From a bacterium (lineage in GTDB: Bacteria > Bacillota > Clostridia > Christensenellales > SUG1161), in assembly GCA_029006015.1 (NCBI GenBank), contig JAQXFY010000148.1, positions 1 through 55,438 of the forward strand: DNA of 55,438 bases. The letters run 5' to 3'. The position numbers and the translations under genes are program-made. The notes beneath the pieces were generated by a model, which saw only the letters and a list, made by a program, of their open reading frames with translations, had not been told where the DNA came from and did no database searches. This document shows positions 15,681 to 28,225 of the stretch, piece after piece; the first letter of the stretch is position 1; each line of letters begins with the position of its first letter.

Positions 15681-18008
15681 TTATACCATGGGCAGCATAT
15701 CCTCATACGGCAGGCCGTTGCCCTTGGCCGGGCCATACCATACGCTGGAACCAAAGGTGGTGATATAGATGTAATCCCGGTTATAGGGATCGACAAAAGC
15801 CTTATGGCCCCACTTAAAGCAGTATCCGGCAACCCGGTACCAGGTGTTGCCGCCATCGTCGCTGCGGTGGCAGTTTTGCTGGAAATCCACGGTAAACACG
15901 GTGTCGGGGTTTTGATCGTCCACCGTTACGCCATAGGTGTATTCCACACCCTCGGGCAGGGGCAGGCGGCGCCAGGTCTTGCCCAGATCATCCGTGCGGT
16001 ATACGCCGCCATGCTGGGCACGCTGATCGATATCATATGGCCAGCAGGCCAGGTACAGCCGGTCGGGATGGCGGGGATCCATGGCCAGGTCGTTGGGGGC
16101 GTTGGTGCCCTCGGGCAGGGCAATCTTCTGCCAGCTTTCGGCGCCGTTGAAGGAAATGTACATTTCGCCTTCCACCAGCTTGCCCTCGCGCTCGGCCCGC
16201 ATGTTAAGCAGGATCAGCGCGCCGTCGCTTTCGCGGCGGAAAATTTTCCAGCTGTACAGGTTATCGCCCAGGCCGTTGTTCATGGTTACCCATGTGGCGC
16301 CGTCATCGGTGGATTTGTATACCCCGTAGCCGCAGGCGGTAGCATACAGCGTGCGCTTGCCGGCAGGGGAGGTCGGGTCGAGCAGGATGCAGGTCGAAAC
16401 CGCATGCTCATCCATGCCGGTGTTGGAAACCTGCCAATGGGCCGCGCCGTCATCGGATTTGGCGATGCCGCCGTTGCGGTGCTGGGGATTGGCCTCAAAG
16501 CCATTGTTGCGGAACAGCTTGTAGCGCGGCAAATCGTGCGGAATACCCCAGGCGCCCCAGACGCGGCCGGGAACCTCGGGATCGTACGTCAGCCAATAGC
16601 AGGTGTTGCGCCAAAGCTTGGGAATGCCCTGGATGGAATGAATCCAGCTGCGCCCGCCGTTCTCGGAACGGAACAGGCCGATATCCGTATAGGAAATCAT
16701 CATGTTATCGCGGTTGTGCGGATCAAAATGCACGCCGTAGCAGGTGGTAACCTCTAGCCCGCGGCCAATGGAGGAGCCGTCCGGCAGTGTTTCGGAATAG
16801 GTGGATTGCCAGTTCTTTCCGCCGTCCACCGTGCGCGCGCTGGTGCCAAAGGTGGTATACAGCAGCACATCGGGGTTGTTGGGCGCCACCGTCATGCAGA
16901 TAGGCGGTTCCGGCCAGGTATAGCCATAGTGGATTTCCATCCAGCTTTTTTCAAAGTTGGCCGGGAAATCGTTATCGATGGGCAGCACCCATTGCCAGGT
17001 GGCGCCCATATCGCAGGATTTTTTAACGCCTTCATAGTTTTGCAGCGCGGGATCAAAGCCGCGGTCCCGGTAGACGGACAGGTAAATGACGGAGGCATCG
17101 CTTTCGCAGCAGGCCAGCTGCTTGCCATCCGGCACGCCGCCGGCGGAGGAGGGGTAGCCATAATCCAGCTGCTGCCAGCTGCCCCCCATATCCATGGAGC
17201 GCCACAGGTGCTTGTGGAAACGGCCCTTTTCCGGCGCGGGATCGACGCTGATAAAATACAGCACGGCTTTGCCGGTTGCCTTGTCCATGCCGGCATCGGC
17301 CGAAAAGACATCGCTGGCGCCCTCGGGCAGCGCGATGGGGGTAACCTTCATGCTGCAGCCACATACGCTGTAGATGGCTTTATCGGAAAATGCGTACAGC
17401 TTGGGGCAATCCGCCGGGGCCGCGGGATCGAAATACAGGCGGCGGTAACGGTTGCCTTCGATCTTATCCTGCGTGCGGCGCCAGGTTTTGCCGCCGTCCA
17501 TCGTCAGGTAGACAAACATGGTGTTGCCATAGGCATCGCTTTTGCGCGCGCGCGCCAGCGCCACGGCAATCTGGTTGGAATCCTTGCGGTTGACGGCTAC
17601 ACCCTCGATAACGCCGCCCGGCCATTCGCCTTTGGTTAAAAACAGATGGGAGGCTTCGTCACCGGAGTAGGTTTCGCCCACGATATCGCTCGCTGCGGGC
17701 AGGATGAACGCCCAGTGGCGGCCTTTATCCGTGGATTTATACAAACCCGTAGAGCCGACATAGACCACATCGGGATCGTTTGGATCAAAATAAACGGAGG
17801 AACCCTTGGCTTTAAGGCTCATATCCGTCCAGTTTTTGCCGCCGTCCAGCGTCATGTAGCTGGCGGACATATCGCAAAATACCATCATGTGATCCGTGTT
17901 GAAATGGCTGATGCCGGGATAAAACTGCGCGCCGCCGCCGCCGGGGCCAACCGTGCGCCAGCCGTTTTTATAAAGCAGCCCATCTACCATGCCATCTTTT
18001 AGCGCCAT
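15681..18008 (-). CDS. BNR/Asp-box repeat beta-propeller protein (GH74/sialidase-like fold), no signal peptide
   Basis: About 12 Asp-box-like motifs (DGGKNW, DKGRHW, DGGKTW, DMGGSW, DMGATW, DGGKNW, NGGRSW, DDGAAHW, DDGATW, NGAESW, DLGKTW, DDGGNTW). The start is taken at ATG 18008 behind AAAGGAAGAAGG. The upstream 88 codons of the track ORF run through a promoter and a terminator. Confidence 0.75.
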   Translation of the reverse strand: MALKDGMVDGLLYKNGWRTVGPGGGGAQFYPGISHFNTDHMMVFCDMSASYMTLDGGKNWTDMSLKAKGSSVYFDPNDPDVVYVGSTGLYKSTDKGRHWAFILPAASDIVGETYSGDEASHLFLTKGEWPGGVIEGVAVNRKDSNQIAVALARARKSDAYGNTMFVYLTMDGGKTWRRTQDKIEGNRYRRLYFDPAAPADCPKLYAFSDKAIYSVCGCSMKVTPIALPEGASDVFSADAGMDKATGKAVLYFISVDPAPEKGRFHKHLWRSMDMGGSWQQLDYGYPSSAGGVPDGKQLACCESDASVIYLSVYRDRGFDPALQNYEGVKKSCDMGATWQWVLPIDNDFPANFEKSWMEIHYGYTWPEPPICMTVAPNNPDVLLYTTFGTSARTVDGGKNWQSTYSETLPDGSSIGRGLEVTTCYGVHFDPHNRDNMMISYTDIGLFRSENGGRSWIHSIQGIPKLWRNTCYWLTYDPEVPGRVWGAWGIPHDLPRYKLFRNNGFEANPQHRNGGIAKSDDGAAHWQVSNTGMDEHAVSTCILLDPTSPAGKRTLYATACGYGVYKSTDDGATWVTMNNGLGDNLYSWKIFRRESDGALILLNMRAEREGKLVEGEMYISFNGAESWQKIALPEGTNAPNDLAMDPRHPDRLYLACWPYDIDQRAQHGGVYRTDDLGKTWRRLPLPEGVEYTYGVTVDDQNPDTVFTVDFQQNCHRSDDGGNTWYRVAGYCFKWGHKAFVDPYNRDYIYITTFGSSVWYGPAKGNGLPYEDMLPMV

Positions 18009-18047
18009 GCCATCAAACCTTCTTCCTTTACCGATTTCTGTAAAGCC

Positions 18048-18076
18048 AGTATACCAGATGCCGAGGCGCCTGTCCA
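18048..18076 (-). promoter_or_regulatory. Promoter of the BNR gene
   Basis: On the - strand: TGGACA (18076-18071), 17 nt, TATACT (18053-18048), with a TG extended -10. Confidence 0.55.
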
Positions 18077-18245
18077 TGGCATAAAAAGATATTGCCACCG
18101 CATTCCCTATAAGCCGGCCAGGGACGGGCAGGCTGCTTTGGCCGGATACGCCTGGAACAGGCCCGGCTGACGGCCGCCCGGCGTTGGTTTTTTTTTTCAT
18201 CGGCCGCAGGGAAAACCCAGGGGCCCCTGGCGGTCTATATTTAAA

Positions 18246-18270
18246 GGGCCATCCCCGATCGGGATGGCCC
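18246..18270 (-). terminator. Terminator hairpin after the UPF0280 gene
   Basis: On the - strand: GGGCCATCCC-GATC-GGGGATGGCCC, followed by TTTAAAT. Confidence 0.65.
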
Positions 18271-18304
18271 ATGCAGCGGCTAAAGCCTGATGCTTATTTT
18301 CTTT

Positions 18305-19021
18305 TCAGGTGGCGGGGCGCAAGCGGATATCGCCGGCCAGGGCAACCTGGTCTAAAATCATGCCCAATGTGCCGGTCACCCCGGGTATCGACAGCGCCCA
18401 TTCCACGGCAGGCCCGACATCCCCGGGCACGACAATGCGGTTGCCAAGGGCGGTGGCCACGGCATCGGCCAGCGCGGCATCGTGGCACAGCACGACCGCG
18501 GCATCGGCATGGCCAAAGGAGCGCGAATGCCCCCGCGTGCCGGAGGAGGTACACAGCCCCCATTCACCCGGCCCCACCTCAATGGCAAACCTGCCGGCAA
18601 AGGGGGAATGCGGCCCGGCGTCAATCAGCGCAGCGCGCGGCCGCGCCAGCCGCAGATACAGATCGCCCCCGTTTTCCAGGATGGTTTCCTCCACCCGCAG
18701 GCCGCGGCCGATGTGCTGGGCAATCGCCCCGGCCACCGCCGCCATCGGGCCAACGCCGGCCAGCAGCGCCGCACCCAGCATGCTGCGAACAAGCGCAGGC
18801 GCAAAGGGATCATCAGGCAGGGGGGAAAGGGCGGTTAAAAAGGCGGGATGGCTGGCAAGGTAATCGGTCAGCTGCGCGCGCGCCTCGTGCAAAAGGGGCA
18901 AAGCCTGCGGCTTGAGGGAGCGCGTGGCGGCCACATACAGATCGCTTTCCCCTTCTTTTAAAGTAAAAGCTACAAGGCCCTCCGGCGCATGATTGCGCCG
19001 GTAGGTACGCGGCTCAAACAT
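18305..19021 (-). CDS. UPF0280 family protein (ApbE-like fold), third gene of the homocysteine cluster
   Basis: MFEPRTYRR...GPMAAVAGAIAQ...SSGTRGHSRSFGHADA. I prefer ATG 19021, which overlaps the upstream stop (GATGTTTGA). The track uses a TTG at 19033. Confidence 0.75.
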   Translation of the reverse strand: MFEPRTYRRNHAPEGLVAFTLKEGESDLYVAATRSLKPQALPLLHEARAQLTDYLASHPAFLTALSPLPDDPFAPALVRSMLGAALLAGVGPMAAVAGAIAQHIGRGLRVEETILENGGDLYLRLARPRAALIDAGPHSPFAGRFAIEVGPGEWGLCTSSGTRGHSRSFGHADAAVVLCHDAALADAVATALGNRIVVPGDVGPAVEWALSIPGVTGTLGMILDQVALAGDIRLRPAT

Positions 19022-19436
19022 CGTCTTGGGCAAACAGGTCTACATCCATGGCCCGAAGCGGGCAGGCATGCAGGCACATTTCGCACGCCAGGCAGTTTTC
19101 CGGGGTAAAGCGCAGCTGGGCATCGTTGCCCATCGTCAGCGCGCCGGAGGGGCAAACCGCCGTGCACGCGCCGCAGTGGACGCATTTTTCCTGGTTCCAC
19201 AGCACGGTTTTTTTAAGCGGCCTTACCGTGATGCTCTGCTCCTCCAGATAATGGAGGCCGCTTTGCAGCTGCTCCGGCTGGCCGGTCAGCGCCAGCGTCA
19301 GCCGGCCCACTTTGCCGGGGCCAACCTCCGCCCGCAGGATGCTGAACACCAGGTGATAATCCTGCACCAGGCGGTAGATGATGGGCAGATCGGTATGCTC
19401 GGGCGGGTAAACCAAAGAAACGGTCATGCTGGCCAT
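19014..19436 (-). CDS. NIL domain / 2x[4Fe-4S] ferredoxin protein
   Basis: The N-terminus is NIL-like (LVYPPEHTDLPIIYRLVQDY). Two CxxCxxCxxxCP motifs follow (CVHCGACTAVCP, CLACEMCLHACP). GAAGGAGG RBS. Confidence 0.85.
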   Translation of the reverse strand: MASMTVSLVYPPEHTDLPIIYRLVQDYHLVFSILRAEVGPGKVGRLTLALTGQPEQLQSGLHYLEEQSITVRPLKKTVLWNQEKCVHCGACTAVCPSGALTMGNDAQLRFTPENCLACEMCLHACPLRAMDVDLFAQDDV

Positions 19437-19438
19437 GA

Positions 19439-20602
19439 TTATACCTCCTTCAGGGTGTTCAGGCCCTTGGTTGTATGGTGGGGAATGGGCAGCATGGGCT
19501 GCTGCAGCATAAAGGCGCCGGAGGATACCTTTTCCTTTAGCAGCGAAGCGATTTCCCGTGCGCGCGACAGGCTGGACAGCGGCGCCGTCGGGATGGATTT
19601 CCCGGCAACCTCCACCCGGCCGCTGCGCAGCTGGGCGTAGCTGACCAGGCCAAAATCAGGCCGCGAGCGCGAGGGGACGGAGTAATCAAACACGCGGGTG
19701 TACAGCTGGCTGTTGGGGCGGGCCAAATCGTGCAGCAGCTCCGCATCCAGTACCGGGATGGGAATGCCGATGCCCACATACAGCGTGCAGCCGTATTTTT
19801 CATAAGTGGCCCCGCGCAGGTAGCGGGGGGACATGCCGCGCAGATCGCCGATAACGGCCAGCGTGCAGCCAAAATCGCGCGTGCCATCCTCGCCTACATC
19901 TTCGTGGCCAAAGGTGGCCTGCGTGCCCTCCCAGGCAACATAGCCATCGCCGCCGCCCAGGAAAATGTGCGTGCCCACGCCGATGGTGCGCAGCTTGGGA
20001 TCCTTAAGCAGCGGGGAAAGTTCGCCCGAGGTGGAGTAGGTGATGTTGGCCATATTGGGCAGCAGCGTGCCCATGTAGGTGTGCAGCGTGCGCTCGGTTG
20101 TGTTGGTGGCAGCGGAATAATTCTGATACAGGTTGCGCGGGTTATACAAATAGGCCTGGTTGAGGGTATCCAGCGAAATATCGGCCTCCACCTCGCGGGT
20201 GGGGTAGCAATCGGTACCATAGCTGGAGGCTTTCAGGCGAATGGTTTTGCCCGCCACCAGATCCTCGATAACATGGGCGCCGCCATATTCCATGCCCCGG
20301 GTATCGGAAGGCTGCGTGGCGCCGATGTAGGTATCCACCGCGGCCAGGCCGCCATAGGCTTCCACATCGTTTAGCGTGATGTGCCCCATGCGGATGGGCG
20401 TTTGCGAGTGACCAAAGTTTAAAAACGCGCCGGAGGAACACATGGCGCCAAAGGTAGCGGTGGTAACCACATCCACCTTTTTAAGCGCGGCGTCCTCCCC
20501 CTGCTCGGCGACAAGGGCGATAAGCTCTTCCGCCGTAAAGACGGCAGCCTTGCCCGAGGCGATTTTTTCGTTTACTTCATCGAATGTACGCGTTAAGGCC
20601 AT
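19439..20602 (-). CDS. Homocysteine biosynthesis protein (DUF39/COG1900 family)
   Basis: MALTRTFDEVNEKI...VDVVTTATFGAMCSSGAFLNFGH...AVDTYIGATQPS is typical of DUF39. The start is taken at ATG 20602 behind AAGGGGG. Confidence 0.85.
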   Translation of the reverse strand: MALTRTFDEVNEKIASGKAAVFTAEELIALVAEQGEDAALKKVDVVTTATFGAMCSSGAFLNFGHSQTPIRMGHITLNDVEAYGGLAAVDTYIGATQPSDTRGMEYGGAHVIEDLVAGKTIRLKASSYGTDCYPTREVEADISLDTLNQAYLYNPRNLYQNYSAATNTTERTLHTYMGTLLPNMANITYSTSGELSPLLKDPKLRTIGVGTHIFLGGGDGYVAWEGTQATFGHEDVGEDGTRDFGCTLAVIGDLRGMSPRYLRGATYEKYGCTLYVGIGIPIPVLDAELLHDLARPNSQLYTRVFDYSVPSRSRPDFGLVSYAQLRSGRVEVAGKSIPTAPLSSLSRAREIASLLKEKVSSGAFMLQQPMLPIPHHTTKGLNTLKEV

Positions 20603-20636
20603 GTTGGTGCCCCCTTGATAATTCTGGCAATATTTC

Positions 20637-20666
20637 ATTATAAAATGCCGCGGAATACCCTGTCAA
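20637..20666 (-). promoter_or_regulatory. Promoter of the homocysteine cluster
   Basis: On the - strand: TTGACA (20666-20661), 18 nt, TATAAT (20642-20637). The leader to the ATG is only about 30 nt. Confidence 0.65.
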
Positions 20667-20839
20667 CCCTGGGAAATGATCGCCAAATGGCAAGGGCGTG
20701 CCCCCCAGGGCGTGGGAAACAGGCGCCCCCTTGCCGGAAAAACAGGCTGCACGGCGCCTGCCAAAAGGGGAAAACATCGCGTGTTTTCCCGGTATCCTGC
20801 GCAGGCATGGCCATGTGCCGGACAGGTGCCATGCGGGCT

Positions 20840-20870
20840 AAAAAATAACCGCCCCCGGGCTGGGGGCGGC
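20840..20870 (-). terminator. Intrinsic terminator of rpsF-ssb-rpsR
   Basis: On the - strand: CCGCCCCC-AGCCC-GGGGGCGG, followed by TTATTTTTT. Confidence 0.85.
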
Positions 20871-20893
20871 CTGCGTCCTTTATATGGGCTGCC

Positions 20894-21151
20894 TTATTCC
20901 ATCGTGTAGGGCAGCAGCGCAACCTGACGGGCGCGCTTGATGGCGATGGACAGCTGGCGCTGATGCTTGGCGCAGGTGCCCGTCGCGCGGCGGGGAACGA
21001 TCTTGCCGCGCTCGTTCAGATAACGGCGCAGGCGGGGAAGATCCTTATAATCGATATGCTCGACTTTATCTACACAAAACGCACACACCTTGCGGCGGGG
21101 GCGGCGGCCACGGGGGCGACGAAACTCGCGCCCTTCGCGTTCTTCGGCCAT
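20894..21151 (-). CDS. rpsR: 30S ribosomal protein S18
   Basis: 85 aa, including ...[45 protein letters not shown]... Confidence 0.97.
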   Translation of the reverse strand: MAEEREGREFRRPRGRRPRRKVCAFCVDKVEHIDYKDLPRLRRYLNERGKIVPRRATGTCAKHQRQLSIAIKRARQVALLPYTME

Positions 21152-21205
21152 GGGTATCCCTCCTTAAACAATGGTCATCAGGAAGCAAACTCCTGAATTG
21201 TAGAA

Positions 21206-21619
21206 TCAGAACGGCAGGTCGTCCTCATCGATGGCCTGCATGCCGGCCGGCGCCGGTGTGGACGGGGCAACGGGCGTTGGCGCCATGCGGGGGCCGCCTT
21301 CGCCGGCCGAGTTCAGGAACTGAACCTCGTCGGCTACCACTTCCGTGGCATAGCGCTTGGAACCGTCCTGGGCGTCATAGGAACGCACCTGGATGCGGCC
21401 GCAAACGGCCACCTTGCTGCCTTTGCGCAGGTATTTGGCGCAGTTTTCCGCCTGGGTACGCCAGACAACCACGGGGATAAAATCGGCCTCGCGCTCCCCA
21501 TTTTGGTTGGTGAACGGCCGGCTGACCGCCACGGTAAACGTGCACACCGAAATGTTGGACGGCGTGGTACGCAGCTCCGGATCGCGGGTCAGGTTGCCAA
21601 TGAGGATGGCTTTGTTCAT
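21206..21619 (-). CDS. ssb: Single-stranded DNA-binding protein
   Basis: OB-fold N-terminus ([17 protein letters not shown]), Gly/Pro-rich linker and acidic DEDDLPF tail. Confidence 0.95.
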   Translation of the reverse strand: MNKAILIGNLTRDPELRTTPSNISVCTFTVAVSRPFTNQNGEREADFIPVVVWRTQAENCAKYLRKGSKVAVCGRIQVRSYDAQDGSKRYATEVVADEVQFLNSAGEGGPRMAPTPVAPSTPAPAGMQAIDEDDLPF

Positions 21620-21637
21620 AATGTATAAGCCTCCCGA

Positions 21638-21925
21638 TTAGTCGTCGGTACGGGTGACCAAGTAACGGATGACGTTTTCGTTGATCTGCAGGTTGCGCTC
21701 CAACTCGTGAACCAACTCGCCCGGGGCGCTGAATGTCATCAGTACATAGTAACCCTCGTTAAGAAACTGGATGGGATACGCCAGACGGCGCTTGCCCCAC
21801 TCGTCGATCTTTTCTACCTGGCCGCCGCCGGCGGTAACAATGGTAGAAAACCTTTCTACGAGCGTTTTGCGGGTTTCCTCCTCCATGTCGGGCTTGAAGA
21901 TGTACAACGCTTCATAGGGGTTCAT
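21638..21925 (-). CDS. rpsF: 30S ribosomal protein S6
   Basis: MNPYEALYIFKPDMEEE...EKIDEWGKRRLAYPI. The start is taken at ATG 21925 behind AAAAGGAGGTGAAGGGC. The track ORF is N-terminally over-extended. Confidence 0.93.
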   Translation of the reverse strand: MNPYEALYIFKPDMEEETRKTLVERFSTIVTAGGGQVEKIDEWGKRRLAYPIQFLNEGYYVLMTFSAPGELVHELERNLQINENVIRYLVTRTDD

Positions 21926-21987
21926 GCCCTTCACCTCCTTTTGGACTTTAGGCCCTGCATCGCGTACAGGGCAAGGACGCAAAACCA

Positions 21988-22017
21988 AGTATAGCATAAC
22001 CGGCCTTGCAAATGCAA
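21988..22017 (-). promoter_or_regulatory. Promoter of rpsF-ssb-rpsR with a short hairpin-containing leader
   Basis: On the - strand: TTGCAT (22017-22012), 18 nt, TATACT (21993-21988). The leader contains GCCCTG-TACGCGATG-CAGGGC. Confidence 0.5.
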
Positions 22018-22247
22018 GGAAAAATCCATTTAAAAAAGCCAAACTGGGTTAACCGCCAGGCCCCAAAGGCGCACAAAAATCTGCATGCAAACCCCGGCAA
22101 AGCCGGATAGGCATGGCGGCGCCAAAGTATAAAAAGGCGCGGGCATGCCTGCTTGATAGGGCGGGGAATTTATGCCCGCCGGCCCACTTGGCCGCCGTTT
22201 GGCGCTGTTTTTCCTGTATGACAAGCATTTTTATGCCGTTTTCCCCC

Positions 22248-22276
22248 TTGCATTGGGGCGGGCGGCAGGATATACT
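22248..22276 (+). promoter_or_regulatory. Promoter of the proS T-box leader
   Basis: TTGCAT (22248-22253), 17 nt, TATACT (22271-22276). Confidence 0.6.
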
Positions 22277-22535
22277 AATACAAATGGCTGTGAACGGGCC
22301 ACGTCCGCTGCGCCGTCCAAGAGAGCCCCCGCCGGAATGGGATGCCGGTGCTGAAACGGGGGTGGCGGTAGGCTGGCTTCCCACCCGCGAGCTGCCGGCA
22401 AACCGCAGCATAGCGCTGCATCAAGCCGGCCGTTTGCCCCGCGTGAAGGGGTATCAAGCTGGCCCTGTCGGGCAAGCAGGGTGGTACCGCGGGTAAAATC
22501 GTCCTTGCATGTTGCATGCAGGGGCTTTTTTATTT
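22277..22535 (+). promoter_or_regulatory. T-box riboswitch leader (proline specifier candidate)
   Basis: AGAGA box at about 22320 and distal GGTGCTGAAAC. The T-box sequence AGGGTGGTACCGCGGG is at 22478-22493. A terminator follows (CCTTGCATG/CATGCAGGG plus TTTTTT, 22501-22531). The candidate specifier is CCC-A at 22380-22383. Confidence 0.85.
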
Positions 22536-22606
22536 ACCAAGGCGGCCTTGCGCATGGCATGTATGGGCGCAACGGCTGGGCGCCGCATCAAGAAGGAGGA
22601 AACAAC

Positions 22607-24043
22607 ATGGCCAAGCAGGATAAGGGCTTTGTACAGGAAATTACCCCGCGCGATCGTGATTTTGCGCAGTGGTATACCGATGTTATTTTAAAGACCGATC
22701 TGGTCGATTACGCGCCGGTGCGCGGGTTTATGGTCATCAAGCCCTACGGCTACCGCATTTGGGAGCTTATCCAATCGGAGTTGGACGGCCGCTTTAAGGC
22801 CACCGGGCACCAGAACTGCTACTTCCCGCTGCTCATTCCCGAAAGCCTGCTGCGCAAGGAGGCCGAGCATGTCGAGGGCTTTGCGCCGGAGGTGGCGTGG
22901 GTAACCCATGGCGGCAACGAGGAGCTGTCCGAGCGGCTGCTGGTCCGGCCGACGAGTGAAACCCTCTTTTGCAGCATGTACGCCAAATGGGTGCAATCCT
23001 ACCGCGACCTGCCCATGCTGTATAACCAGTGGTGCTCCGTTGTGCGGTGGGAAAAAAGCACGCGTCCCTTCCTGCGCACCAGCGAGTTTTTGTGGCAGGA
23101 GGGGCATACCATCCACGCCACGGCGGACGAGGCACAGGAAGAAACCATGCGCATGCTCAACACCTATTATGAGTTTGCACAAAATGTGCTGGCCATCCCG
23201 ATGCTGGCCGGGCAGAAAACCGAAAAGGAAAAGTTTGCGGGCGCACGCGCTACCTATACCATTGAGGCCATGATGCAGGATGGAAAAAGCCTGCAATCGG
23301 GCACTTCCCATAACTTTGGCACCAACTTTGCGGAGGCCTTTGATATCCGCTTCCAGGATGAAAACGGCCAGATGCAGTATGTGCACGAAACCTCCTGGGG
23401 CACCTCCACCCGCCTGATCGGCGCGCTGGTCATGGTGCATGGGGACGACCGCGGCCTGGTGCTGCCGCCGCGTGTGGCGCCCATCCAGGCGGTTATCCTG
23501 CCCATCGCCGCGCACAAGGGCGGCGTGCTGGAGGCTGCCGAGGGCATCCGGGCACAGCTGGCCGATGCCGGCATCCGCGTGCAGGTGGATGACCGCGATT
23601 ATTCCGCCGGCTGGAAGTTTAACGAATGGGAAATGAAGGGCGTGCCCGTGCGCATCGAGGTGGGCCCGCGCGATCTGGCTGCCGGCCAGGTAACGCTGGT
23701 GCGCCGCGATACGCTGGAAAAGACCACCAGCCCCATCGAGGGCCTGGCCGATACCATCCGGCAGCTGCTGCAAAGCGTGCACGATGGGTTGTACCAAAAA
23801 GCGCTGGCCCTGCGGGAGGCGCACACCACCTGCGCCACCACCATGGAGCAGCTGGAAGCCGGCGTGCAAACCGGCATGGTCAAAGCCATGTGGTGCGGCG
23901 ATCAGGCGTGCGAGGATGCCATCAAGCAGAAAACCACCGCTACCGCCCGCGCGATTCCCTTTGAGCAGGAGCACCTTTGCGATACCTGCGTGGTGTGCGG
24001 TAAAAAGGCCAAGCACATGGTGGCCTTTGCCAAGGCATATTAA
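22607..24043 (+). CDS. proS: Proline--tRNA ligase (archaeal/eukaryote-like short form)
   Basis: 478 aa from ATG 22607 (GAAGGAGGAAACAAC). Sequence includes MAKQDKGFVQEITPRDRDFAQWYTDV...RPTSET...FLWQEGHT...SHNFG and the C-terminal zinc-type module CDTCVVCGK...AKAY. Confidence 0.93.
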   Translation: MAKQDKGFVQEITPRDRDFAQWYTDVILKTDLVDYAPVRGFMVIKPYGYRIWELIQSELDGRFKATGHQNCYFPLLIPESLLRKEAEHVEGFAPEVAWVTHGGNEELSERLLVRPTSETLFCSMYAKWVQSYRDLPMLYNQWCSVVRWEKSTRPFLRTSEFLWQEGHTIHATADEAQEETMRMLNTYYEFAQNVLAIPMLAGQKTEKEKFAGARATYTIEAMMQDGKSLQSGTSHNFGTNFAEAFDIRFQDENGQMQYVHETSWGTSTRLIGALVMVHGDDRGLVLPPRVAPIQAVILPIAAHKGGVLEAAEGIRAQLADAGIRVQVDDRDYSAGWKFNEWEMKGVPVRIEVGPRDLAAGQVTLVRRDTLEKTTSPIEGLADTIRQLLQSVHDGLYQKALALREAHTTCATTMEQLEAGVQTGMVKAMWCGDQACEDAIKQKTTATARAIPFEQEHLCDTCVVCGKKAKHMVAFAKAY

Positions 24044-24071
24044 GCGCTGCGTGTTTGGAACATACATGAAT

Positions 24072-24104
24072 GGGGCCCGGCTGTAAACAGCCGGGCCCTT
24101 TTTT
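24072..24104 (+). terminator. Intrinsic terminator after proS
   Basis: GGGCCCGGCTG-TAAA-CAGCCGGGCCC, followed by TTTTTT. Confidence 0.9.
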
Positions 24105-24154
24105 GCCTGCATGCGGAAAATACGGTGCGCCGCCGGGGCTGCCTTCGGCCCTGC

Positions 24155-28009
<3,855 letters not shown>

Positions 28010-28023
28010 AATGTAGCTCCACA

Positions 28024-28055
28024 GGCCGGAAAGCCAAAGCTTTCCGGCCTTTTTT
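28024..28055 (+). terminator. Intrinsic terminator after lacZ
   Basis: GGCCGGAAAGC-CAA-AGCTTTCCGGCC, followed by TTTTTT. Confidence 0.9.
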
Positions 28056-28196
28056 AAAATAAAAGGCATTTGCCGCCCGGCCGGAAACCGGGCATATTCC
28101 ATATGCGGGGCAGCTTGTATCCATGGGCATACAACAGGCCGGCAGGCCTGCCATGCCCCTTGAGGCCGATCCGCCATCGGATTGTTTAAAAAGGGG

Positions 28197-28225
28197 TTGA
28201 CAGGGCAATGGGAAAAGCATATAAT
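28197..28225 (+). promoter_or_regulatory. Perfect-consensus sigma-A promoter
   Basis: TTGACA (28197-28202), 17 nt, TATAAT (28220-28225). Confidence 0.75.

Noticed and set aside
18184-18915. 243-aa Arg/Pro/Ala-rich + strand ORF.
   Set aside because: It is antisense to the UPF0280 gene and crosses a terminator. Its composition is a GC artefact.
20603-20839. Expected an S-box/SAM riboswitch upstream of the homocysteine (DUF39) operon.
   Set aside because: A good TTGACA-18-TATAAT promoter lies only about 30 nt upstream of the ATG, leaving no room for an aptamer. The upstream hairpins read as terminators of the rpsR operon, and no SAM-riboswitch core motifs were seen.
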